Positions 41,115-49,743 of a DNA stretch of 64,000 nucleotides are shown here, one piece after another. How positions within the stretch are numbered: the first letter of the stretch is position 1; every line of letters starts with the position of its first letter. The position numbers were made by a program, and so were the translations under genes. Source of the DNA: a virus (taxonomy: Duplodnaviria > Caudoviricetes); IMG/VR virus record IMGVR_UViG_3300035208_003581, positions 59,128 through 123,127 of that record; one strand, written 5' to 3'. Below the pieces are notes generated by a model. That model was given only the letters and a program-made list of their open reading frames with translations, was not told the origin of the DNA and did no database searches.

Positions 41115-41468
41115 GTGGATTTAGTGTATGGTGTTAGTGTTATCACATAGAGATTTTTATTCTGACAACTCTATGGAATTATGTTGTATGGCTACTGTTA
41201 TTGAATCCACAGTTTTATTTACAACGTCCAAGAAAAAGGTACCATGTTGAATGCAACCTTATGTTGAAGATATAGGTTCGAGTCCTATCCCCGCCTCCAT
41301 TTATGGTGGGGTAGTGCAATGGTCAGCACATCAATGTCTTATTGTTATGCATCAATATTGAGTATTTAATAGGATCGAGTAAAAATATTATTAATCATCT
41401 GTAAGATGATACTAAAATGGGAGTTATGGCCGATGACGGATACGATTCGGTTTCATAACTCCCTTTTT
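41115..41468 (+). ncRNA. Structured ncRNA containing a circularly permuted tRNA-like domain
   Basis: Hairpin 41115-41210; T-arm 41272-88; acceptor 3' strand + TCCA 41289-99; acceptor 5' strand 41305-11; D-arm 41314-29; anticodon-stem strands 41263-67/41331-35; terminal hairpin 41419-63 + T5. Confidence 0.8.
41419..41468 (+). terminator. Long-stem intrinsic terminator closing the ncRNA
   Basis: GGGAGTTATG...CATAACTCCC followed by TTTTT. Confidence 0.7.
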
Positions 41469-41506
41469 ACTTAAAAATCTATGGAAATTTTTGTATAAAG
41501 TGAGTT

Positions 41507-42280
41507 ATGAACTGGAAAAAACATGTACATTTATTAGAAGATTTTAACCATATGCTTTCTGTATTGAGAGATCATGGTTATCTCTTTGAAACTACAATAC
41601 GTAATACAAAATGTAATAGTAAGAATACATATTACAAAGAAGCATACTCAAAAAAGAATTCTGTGTTACGAATCATGTCAATGACTCCAACTCCTGAGAG
41701 TCATTATTCTGGGTATATCCTTGCAGATAATGCGCTATGCTTTAATAAATGGTCACAAGCACCAGTAGTACTGCCTATTCCATCTAATGATGATGATATG
41801 GGGTACTTAATTGAATGTTTGGAGTGGTTAAAAACAGAGGAAGGATATAACGTTTCAAATAGTTTTGATTTTGATCAATGGAAAACATATTATCCTGGAA
41901 AAGAATTTCATGAATTTGAGTATAATGGATTAAATGTTAAGATAACATTTGATAAGGTTTGTTTTTGTAATAATGTGGGTAATGTTAATTTTTCATTAAA
42001 TAAATATGGTGCCGTGTATTTTAACGGTAGTGACCAATTTATCCTTGATTATTATATATCTTCAAAATTATTTCGTATTTTTTGTGACTCTTTAAACTAC
42101 AAATCAAAGATCATTCTTAATTTAAGTCAATATGTGATATGTCTGAATGGTGGGATTTCATTTTTTAATGATAATACCCTATATTTTTCAATTGACTCTT
42201 TAGGTGATATATCTTATGTTACATCTATGAAAAGAGATGAACATCTATATGATTCTGTGTCTAAATATTTTAATTTGTGA
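41507..42280 (+). CDS. Hypothetical protein
   Basis: 257-aa ORF with its own promoter motif at 41471-99. Confidence 0.55.
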   Translation: MNWKKHVHLLEDFNHMLSVLRDHGYLFETTIRNTKCNSKNTYYKEAYSKKNSVLRIMSMTPTPESHYSGYILADNALCFNKWSQAPVVLPIPSNDDDMGYLIECLEWLKTEEGYNVSNSFDFDQWKTYYPGKEFHEFEYNGLNVKITFDKVCFCNNVGNVNFSLNKYGAVYFNGSDQFILDYYISSKLFRIFCDSLNYKSKIILNLSQYVICLNGGISFFNDNTLYFSIDSLGDISYVTSMKRDEHLYDSVSKYFNL

Positions 42281-42915
42281 AAGGGAAATTCTAAATGTAC
42301 GTGAAGAGTGTGCGGAAGATGGTATTAGCAGAGTCTCAAAAATTAAATATCAAAGTTCCAAAAAGCGATATTGATAAAATAGCAGATGCTATTTTATCAA
42401 AAACACCTTTAGAAAATAAAGAGTATGCTTTTATTTCTAAGAGTATTTCCATACAATTAAAATCATTTAAAACTAAAAAACACATTGATATAGAAGAGAA
42501 TTTAATCACGGAGGTGTAACATGTTCGGTTGGTTCAAAAGAAATCGCATTGATAAACCTAAATTCAATATCAAACTTCTGAAAATGAAACCAGTAGATAA
42601 ACAAAAACATATATATAGTACTGGTAAATTATTTCCAAAATCTGAAGATAGTGGTTTTGAAACATTTTCACAACAAGAGTTAGATGATTTTGACGAACTT
42701 TTAAAACCATATTTCAGCAATAATTTAGATACAGATACAGATACAGATACAGAAAACACTGTGACTGATAAATTAGAAAAAACTACAGTTGATGATTGCA
42801 TTTACACATTATGTAGTTTACGTGAAAAAGAATTGAAAGAAGTTCTCTCTTATTTTAAATAATCAATAAAATTTTTATCATATCATATTAAAGAACATCT
42901 CTCATGAGGTGTGTT

Positions 42916-43020
42916 ATGGGTGGTTAATCGGAAAGTCAAGCCTGTGGAGATGGTGTGAAACCACTGTCAATGAAGCAGGAATTTCAGGATGAGCACTTGT
43001 GTTCACCAGGAAAGTAGCAG
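42916..43020 (+). mobile_element. Orphan TnpB omegaRNA/IS607 right-end-like cassette
   Basis: GTCAAGCCTGTGGAG...TCAATGAAGCAGGAA motif. The last 10 nt (AAAGTAGCAG) are identical to the IS607 end at 25951-60. Confidence 0.6.
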
Positions 43021-43236
43021 ATGTGGGTTTGTGGGATTTGTGGTAAGAACTTTTTATTAGAATCTGTATGTCCTAGCTGTAAAACGGATTATATAGAAGC
43101 TTTATCATCTGATATGCTGGATAATCGCATAGACTTATATGAAAAAAAATTAGGTATTGATCGTAATGAAATAAAAGAAAAATGTGGTCAATATGGTATA
43201 AAAATGGTAATGGAAATAGAGAAGAGATTAAAATAA
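43021..43236 (+). CDS. Small zinc-ribbon protein
   Basis: MWVCGICG...CPSC. Confidence 0.55.
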   Translation: MWVCGICGKNFLLESVCPSCKTDYIEALSSDMLDNRIDLYEKKLGIDRNEIKEKCGQYGIKMVMEIEKRLK

Positions 43237-43303
43237 AATAAAATAAATATTTGTTTTATATTCTATCATTGGTAGGGTAATTATATAATCATAGGAGAAA
43301 ATT

Positions 43304-44011
43304 ATGTCAGAATTTAATCAGAAAAAAGCCGATGATGATGAAGTAACCATTGAGTCTATAAAAGAAGAATATGGTCTTGATGATAAGCAAGCAGATATTG
43401 TTGAAGATCTCTGTAAAGAAACACAGAATTCATTAGATGATATCTCCAATATTAGTGATGATTGGCCAATGACAGTTGAATTTGGTAGAGAAGAGTATCA
43501 AATATTTGAAGATACTGATTCTGCAAAAGAAGCTGCAAAAGAATCAATTGAAAGTCTCATTGATGATGTAGGTATTACTGGAATCAATGGTTGGGAAAAT
43601 TATTTAGATGAATCCAAATTAGAGGACTATTTCAGGGAAATATATACTGAAATGGATGAGTCTTATGTCAGTGACATGAGAGATAGTGAAAAATTTGAAA
43701 TATTACAAGAATATGGGTTTATTGATAGTGATGTTGATTACAGTGACTATGAAGATGATCTTGATCAATATGATGATGACCTTGTTGAATCAATGGTAGA
43801 TTCAAAAATTGATGAAGGTGAAGGCGGTCTATCTTATTATAAGAGTAATTTTGGTGATGAAGAGGCTGCTAATATAGCTAAAGATTATGTTGATATGGAA
43901 GCTATTGTTGAATATGTCATTGATACTGATGGTTTAGGAAATACATTAAGCCCATATGATGGTAATGAATATGACCTTGTACATGATGCAATGGCTTTCA
44001 GACAGAACTAG
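43304..44011 (+). CDS. Highly acidic hypothetical protein
   Basis: Asp/Glu-rich; DG.G..L..YDG.E C-terminal motif. Confidence 0.6.
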   Translation: MSEFNQKKADDDEVTIESIKEEYGLDDKQADIVEDLCKETQNSLDDISNISDDWPMTVEFGREEYQIFEDTDSAKEAAKESIESLIDDVGITGINGWENYLDESKLEDYFREIYTEMDESYVSDMRDSEKFEILQEYGFIDSDVDYSDYEDDLDQYDDDLVESMVDSKIDEGEGGLSYYKSNFGDEEAANIAKDYVDMEAIVEYVIDTDGLGNTLSPYDGNEYDLVHDAMAFRQN

Positions 44012-44510
44012 ATAGTTGATGTTCTAATTCCATTAATACATTACATGTTTCTTCTGTTACCCAAAATGCTCCATCAATCCAATTTCCACGTTCATCTTTT
44101 ACAGTAGTATTGTGATCATATTCTAAGAGATATGCATTTTGATCTCCTACAATAGATCGTAATCTTTTTGTGATACCACTTTGAATGCCAGATAATTTTC
44201 TAGGATTGTCCATTTTTAATCGTTTGCAGATATCTTCAACATACACCATCCCTATTCGAGTATTATTTCTCAATGGTTTGTTAATATCTTCTTTAGTAGA
44301 ATAACTACCAAACATTAACAGGAATTTTCGTGACTTTTCAGATAAAGAAGAGTATAATCTTTTTGCTTGTTCAATATTAATTGAACAGTGTTTTATAGGC
44401 TTATGATGGAGTACCATAGCAGGTGATTCTCCATAAAGGAGAGTGATAAGTTCTTTTTGAGCATCTTGACTGAGAGATTTGAACTCTTTCTCGGTGATTT
44501 TAATTTCCAT
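43998..44510 (-). CDS. Putative winged-helix DNA-binding protein
   Basis: VEDICKRLKMDNPRKLSGIQSGITKRLR; GGAG RBS; own promoter and palindrome upstream. Confidence 0.5.
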   Translation of the reverse strand: MEIKITEKEFKSLSQDAQKELITLLYGESPAMVLHHKPIKHCSINIEQAKRLYSSLSEKSRKFLLMFGSYSTKEDINKPLRNNTRIGMVYVEDICKRLKMDNPRKLSGIQSGITKRLRSIVGDQNAYLLEYDHNTTVKDERGNWIDGAFWVTEETCNVLMELEHQLSSSV

Positions 44511-44523
44511 TATAGACTCCTAT

Positions 44524-44583
44524 GATGTCGTATGACATCGTTCGTTATGGTACGAGAATATATGGTTGTAGTAATATTGTCAA
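44524..44583 (-). promoter_or_regulatory. Sigma70 promoter with downstream operator-like palindrome
   Basis: On the minus strand TTGACA-N17-TATTCT (44583-44555); GATGTC-GTAT-GACATC at 44524-39. Confidence 0.6.
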
Positions 44584-44599
44584 GTTTTTGGAGTAAAAA

Positions 44600-45493
44600 A
44601 TGTTTTGGGTAAATACGGAAGCAATAAAGTCAAATAGTATAGATACTTTGAAAATATCTATATTTCATGATGAGAAAAAAATAGGTGAGTATAAACGTAA
44701 TTATTGTGAATTATATAAAACTTTTCACCCATTTAAACAGAAAGATAAAAATGGCATATGGAGAGATTATGCTCTGTTTTCGAGTCATTATTCTAAAACT
44801 TCTGTAATGAGACTCCCATCATGTAAGGTCATTGCAGTTGAGAAGGAAAAAATATTTTGTCCTGTAGAATATTATGTGCCTTATACATTTGAAGATGAGA
44901 GTGATGGGTTAGAAGGTAAATTTGGTTTTGTGGCAGGGTGTATATGGGGTGATGATTCCAGTTATAAATTACAATATTTAGACTTATCACAAATTGAAGA
45001 AGGTATCATTACACGAGATGATCATTTTGGGTACTTTGTGCTTCCAAATGCTTCATTGAAAGATATTATAGATACATCCCCATATTTTGTATCAGGTGAA
45101 TTTAATGACCCTTATATCTCAATATCAGCACCTATATCTTATGATATGTCTACAAATAAAATTAATAATCTATGGAATATTCGAGAAGTGTTATCTCGTG
45201 ATGGATATTCAATTATTAAAAAAATACCACGATGTGACGAAAATATATGGTTATCAAAATTAGAAAAATATGTGCTCAATCCTAGTGATATGTTGTTTTC
45301 TTACGTGAAGAATAAAATACCAATTAAATATCATAAAAAAATCGAGAAAACATATTCAAGTGAACCACCTAAGAAATATCTAATTGGTAATTTTGATGAG
45401 ATAGGTGTTTTTGTCATTCTATATGATACAACTCAAAACCCACCTCAATCTACAATTAAATTTATGTCAGATGCTATATTTATAGATCAATAA
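44600..45493 (+). CDS. Hypothetical protein
   Basis: 297 aa; FCPVEYYVP and GFVAGCIWGDD motifs. Confidence 0.55.
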   Translation: MFWVNTEAIKSNSIDTLKISIFHDEKKIGEYKRNYCELYKTFHPFKQKDKNGIWRDYALFSSHYSKTSVMRLPSCKVIAVEKEKIFCPVEYYVPYTFEDESDGLEGKFGFVAGCIWGDDSSYKLQYLDLSQIEEGIITRDDHFGYFVLPNASLKDIIDTSPYFVSGEFNDPYISISAPISYDMSTNKINNLWNIREVLSRDGYSIIKKIPRCDENIWLSKLEKYVLNPSDMLFSYVKNKIPIKYHKKIEKTYSSEPPKKYLIGNFDEIGVFVILYDTTQNPPQSTIKFMSDAIFIDQ

Positions 45494-45539
45494 CTATTTT
45501 ATATTTAATTCTTTATGTAATTTATTATAGGAGACTGAT

Positions 45540-45854
45540 ATGGCAGAATTTTTAGATCCTTTTAAAATTAAAGAATTAGGTCGTAAATTAACTGATCGAG
45601 AGTTATCACGAGCATTACGTATGGCCCAATCAGCAGAATTGGAAGCTACCCATTTCTATGAAGCTTTAGCTGATGCTTGTGATAACAAAGATATCACAAA
45701 GATTCTTCAAGATGTAGCAAATGAAGAAAAAGTGCACACTGGAGAGTTTGAAAAAGCTCTTCGTATGATTGATAAAGAAGAAGAGAAATATTTCAATGAT
45801 GGTATGGAAGAATCCAACAAAATAGTCTCACGAATACTCTCCCGTTTAAAATAA
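45540..45854 (+). CDS. Ferritin-like/rubrerythrin-like protein
   Basis: RALRMAQSAELEATHFYE...DVANEEKVHTGEF di-iron ExxH motifs. Confidence 0.85.
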   Translation: MAEFLDPFKIKELGRKLTDRELSRALRMAQSAELEATHFYEALADACDNKDITKILQDVANEEKVHTGEFEKALRMIDKEEEKYFNDGMEESNKIVSRILSRLK

Positions 45855-45938
45855 TTTTTCATTTTTTGTAATATACTCTGAAATATAAAATATGGGTGAT
45901 CCATACCATATACTTGTGACTCTCAAATATTTAGAAAG

Positions 45939-47102
45939 GTGAATACTATGTTTCTTAATAAACTAAAATCTGATTTAATGACACGTACCAACCAAAAATT
46001 AATTAATTCATTTTTTAAAATGATAAAACATTCTTCATTTGTAAAAGTAAAATTAAATAAATCTCAGACTCAATTAATATACGATATTGTAAAAAAAAGT
46101 AAAATGTCATTTATTATAAATGACGAGTTAGTGTTTGGAAAAGGAATAACATTTTTTGAAGCATTTTCAAATTTATCTAATATCCCATTCTATGTTAATG
46201 TTCAAGATAAAATGCTATCAGGATGGGGAAATTCATCTGATTATCAATCATATATTTATATACCAAGATTATTCAAATCTAGTTTTTTGGAAGACATATC
46301 GCATAGATTAGTAATAACACCAGATCAAACAATACCAATTTATCTGATGTGTCCTTGGGATAGTAATCATATAGGATCAATTGATGTTGATAATGAAGAT
46401 ACTTATTTATGTGATGATAAATATGATAGTATTGAAATTGATGTGAGAAGAGTAATTAATGGTGATAAAGAAAAATTTGGTATTATCTTATATGGACCAC
46501 CAGGTAATGGTAAAAGCCATTATGTACGATATTTAGCAAAGAAATATAGATTACCAATATATATATTTCTTTTGAAAAAAGACTCTACTAATATAGATAT
46601 TATTGGTATGTTTGGTCGAGTTAAAGGTCCGTGTATAATTCTTATGGAAGATTTTGATTCGTATTTTAATAAACGTGAACCTGTGATGGAAGACTGTGAT
46701 TTTTCATTTGATGGAATTTTGAATGTACTAGATGGGTCTTATGCTTCACCTAAAAAAGCTATTTATATCCTCACTGCAAATAATATTGATCTTGTTGATG
46801 GAGCATTAAAAGATAGACCTTCAAGATTTAAACATATTGTATGTGTTGATTATCCAAATTTAGAAATTCGTACTAAAATATTCTCTTCTTCACATCTTAG
46901 TAAAACTATGATAAAGAAACTAGTGAAAGACACTGAAGGGAGAAGTTTAGACCAAGTGTTACATGTTGCAGATGCAGCCAAAAAAGGTGATACTATAACT
47001 ATTCCTGATGCACCTTTAGAATATAGAGGTTTATTTGTTCAAAAAGAGAAAAAGAAAAATGAAAATGAAAATGAATTAATTAAAGATGCAATTAGCTCTT
47101 GA
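45939..47102 (+). CDS. AAA+ ATPase (BCS1-like)
   Basis: LYGPPGNGKS, LMEDFD, LNVLDG, TAN...DGALKDRPSRF. Confidence 0.85.
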   Translation: MNTMFLNKLKSDLMTRTNQKLINSFFKMIKHSSFVKVKLNKSQTQLIYDIVKKSKMSFIINDELVFGKGITFFEAFSNLSNIPFYVNVQDKMLSGWGNSSDYQSYIYIPRLFKSSFLEDISHRLVITPDQTIPIYLMCPWDSNHIGSIDVDNEDTYLCDDKYDSIEIDVRRVINGDKEKFGIILYGPPGNGKSHYVRYLAKKYRLPIYIFLLKKDSTNIDIIGMFGRVKGPCIILMEDFDSYFNKREPVMEDCDFSFDGILNVLDGSYASPKKAIYILTANNIDLVDGALKDRPSRFKHIVCVDYPNLEIRTKIFSSSHLSKTMIKKLVKDTEGRSLDQVLHVADAAKKGDTITIPDAPLEYRGLFVQKEKKKNENENELIKDAISS

Positions 47103-47172
47103 ACAAGAGTTACATCACTAACAGAAACAAAAGATTAATTTACAGTTATTTCTAGCTATGTAGTAGAGGTGT

Positions 47173-47998
47173 ATGATGGGATGTTGGAATGAAACATGTA
47201 TGTTTTCAAATCTTCCTATAACAAATGGAGATGACATTGTTTTATTTATAGTTGCAGATGTGCATCATTTTTTTGATTTACCAAATGAAGAGCATGTGAT
47301 TACAGAAAAATCCATGCCTATATCATTACCTATTAAAGGCAAATATAATGATTATGGTGGTATAGTTATTGACACTAATAATGGGAACCTTTTACAAACA
47401 CAATTGGTTGCATTAGAATCTATAACTGATTTATTAGGTTTGCCTCTATTAGATGCACTTAAAAGTATACATAGAGGTGGTTTAACATATACAAAGGGAG
47501 AATTTAAATTAACTAATGTAAATTATGTTATGATACACGATAATATATATAATGCCATTATTAAAGAATATATAAACAACCCATCACATACTATTACTAA
47601 AGAATCATTTGAAGATTATTTCAAATCTACACAAATACTTTTAAAAGATATCCCAGAAAATTCATTGATGAGAAAGCATATGTTGATGTATCTTCCCCAT
47701 ATTGATGAGAAAGCATATGTTGATGTATCTTCCCCATATGGAATTGACACATTCAAAATTTTTTGTTACATTATTAGAAAAATTCATGGATAATCCAGAT
47801 GGTATTATTGAACCTTTATATGAATTTACTATATTGAATTATCAAATGCACCGTTTACGAAAATCATGGCATGTACCATACATATCAGGTACCCAAGAAA
47901 CTGCATATGAATTACATAAAGTATTATGGGGTTCTATAGGTAATAAGTTAGAAGATTTGATAGAAAAATACAAATCACAATTTGGAGAAGATGAGTAA
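47173..47998 (+). pseudogene. Gene split by a 37-bp tandem duplication
   Basis: MMGCWNETC... The duplication at 47664-47737 shifts the frame into ORF 47702..47998. Confidence 0.75.
47664..47737 (+). repeat. Perfect 37-bp tandem duplication
   Basis: ATTGATGAGAAAGCATATGTTGATGTATCTTCCCCAT x2. Confidence 0.95.
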
Positions 47999-48392
47999 AT
48001 ATCATCACGTAAAAGGTGAGGACATGTTTGTGCAGGAAATTCAAGAATATAATTCTGAAGAAGCCCAAAAACTACCTATGTTAGATTGGAATGAATTTGT
48101 TGAAGGTGGCTATTTATTAGAAATAAATAGGAGAGTTCTACACCCAGTAGGATTGTCTATGGTAGTTATATTTGATAATAATAATCCTATTGGGGTTAGT
48201 ATCACCGATCAAAGAAAAGATAACGAAGGTATTCTTTTAAAGTTGACTGAAGAGAATATTTCAAGTATATGTGAGAAGCATAAACGGTATACAGATGAAC
48301 TCTTAGCTAAAGAGTTGGACCGTTTAAATAATGTATCAGTAACTTATGAAGAGTATGTTCAATATGTTCAAGCGTTGTATGTGGACCGGTAG
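47991..48392 (+). CDS. Hypothetical protein
   Basis: EFVEGGYLLEINRRVLHPVGL motif; stop codon lies inside the tRNA. Confidence 0.55.
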   Translation: MSKYHHVKGEDMFVQEIQEYNSEEAQKLPMLDWNEFVEGGYLLEINRRVLHPVGLSMVVIFDNNNPIGVSITDQRKDNEGILLKLTEENISSICEKHKRYTDELLAKELDRLNNVSVTYEEYVQYVQALYVDR

Positions 48393-48458
48393 CGCAATGG
48401 TTAGAGCAACTGACTCATAATCAGTGGGTTGTGGGTTCAAATCCCTCCTGGTCCACCA
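48383..48458 (+). tRNA. tRNA with CAT anticodon, most likely Ile2 (otherwise elongator Met)
   Basis: GGACCGG/CTGGTCC acceptor, ACTGA-CTCATAA-TCAGT anticodon arm, GGTTCAAATCC T-arm, encoded ACCA. C4-G69/C5-G68 are typical of Ile2. Confidence 0.92.
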
Positions 48459-48512
48459 TTGAATCTCAAGTGTGGTTGGCATCTTCCATATCAAGAAAAG
48501 TTTTTTTGTTCA

Positions 48513-48543
48513 TGCCCGTGCCGCCAACCCACGGGCACTTTTC
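48513..48543 (+). terminator. Intrinsic terminator after the tRNA
   Basis: TGCCCGTG/CACGGGCA stem followed by CTTTTC. Confidence 0.65.
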
Positions 48544-48713
48544 TCTTAGAATTATAAAAAAATAATGATTATATTTTAAGTATTTTAACATGTTAAAACC
48601 ATTATATATCTATACATTTATAAATATGTAATATTATGAACATTAATTTATGTTTGAATAATTTATAATTATTTGTATACTGTAGATGAATGAATATTTT
48701 TTAGGAGATTTTC

Positions 48714-49454
48714 ATGGGAAAAACATTACCAGAAATGTTGAACCAATCAAAAATAATTGATATTTATCAGATGACAAATCATTCTGCTTTAAAATTCCTC
48801 ATACAAAAAGGTACAAAATATTATGATTTTACATATGGTGTTTCAAAAATGGGGGATTGGATAGAACATTTCCATAGAACAAATGACAAATGTTGTCAAC
48901 ATATTGTAGTGGGTGAAGATAGATTACTGACAATTTTACGTGGTTCTGAAATTTTATCTATAGAAAATTCAAAATTTAATAATGAATCAATGTATGATTT
49001 TATTATAAAGAAGGGTTCACAAAAAATAAAATTTACCCTATCGGGTTCTAATCTTGGGGTTTATGTAACAAATTTACAAGAAGAAGTTAATGGTGAATTT
49101 CAATTTGTTGCAGCTCAAGATATGTTTGAATATTGGTTTGAACATAGTTTTATTCATGGTGAAAATTTTTACGGTATTAGACCATGTGATTCTGTTATTA
49201 ATCGAACTGTTGGATTTTCATGCGATGTCTGTGGTATGAAAACTGTAATATCTTTGTCTAAAATAAAACAAGACCCATATAATAAATTTTTTCAATCCGT
49301 TAATGATCGTAAAAAAATGTCTATGCTTTTAAATGATTCTTATATATTATCACCACATAATTTGGAATTGACTTTTAAAGATATAGAATTTATGAAGTCT
49401 CTTTCCTATTGTTTTGATTATTCACAGGAATTGTATGGAGATGTAAATGTTTAA
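48714..49454 (+). CDS. Hypothetical protein with C-terminal Cys domain
   Basis: C-terminal CD..INRTVGFSCDVCG is paralogous to the next ORF. Confidence 0.55.
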   Translation: MGKTLPEMLNQSKIIDIYQMTNHSALKFLIQKGTKYYDFTYGVSKMGDWIEHFHRTNDKCCQHIVVGEDRLLTILRGSEILSIENSKFNNESMYDFIIKKGSQKIKFTLSGSNLGVYVTNLQEEVNGEFQFVAAQDMFEYWFEHSFIHGENFYGIRPCDSVINRTVGFSCDVCGMKTVISLSKIKQDPYNKFFQSVNDRKKMSMLLNDSYILSPHNLELTFKDIEFMKSLSYCFDYSQELYGDVNV

Positions 49455-49743
49455 AAGTGTAAAAGAATTATTGGATATGTGTAAAATTCATTATCGTATC
49501 CATCGTGATCATCCAGATTATGAAAAATGTAGCATGTCATGTTGTGATGATGCTTTTAAACGTATTGTAGGGTTTAAATGCTCATTGTGTGGGGATACAT
49601 TTTCTATAGGTTTATCAGCATTAAAAGTAGACCCTGATTGTGATACTTTTCTTTCAATAGAAGATAGAAAGAAAATAGAATCACAATTGAATATTTTTAT
49701 TGCTGAGAGTATTAAAAGTGAGACATGTAATGACACTCAGTGA
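49447..49743 (+). CDS. Small Cys-domain protein, paralog of the upstream C-terminus
   Basis: CDDAFKRIVGFKCSLCG...KVDP. Confidence 0.55.
   Translation: MFKSVKELLDMCKIHYRIHRDHPDYEKCSMSCCDDAFKRIVGFKCSLCGDTFSIGLSALKVDPDCDTFLSIEDRKKIESQLNIFIAESIKSETCNDTQ

Noticed and set aside
41263-41335. Ordinary tRNA gene or tmRNA
   Set aside because: The halves are in reversed order and there is no anticodon loop. A full D-stem is present, the discriminator is U rather than A, and no tag ORF is evident, which argues against two-piece tmRNA despite a wobble pair at position 3.
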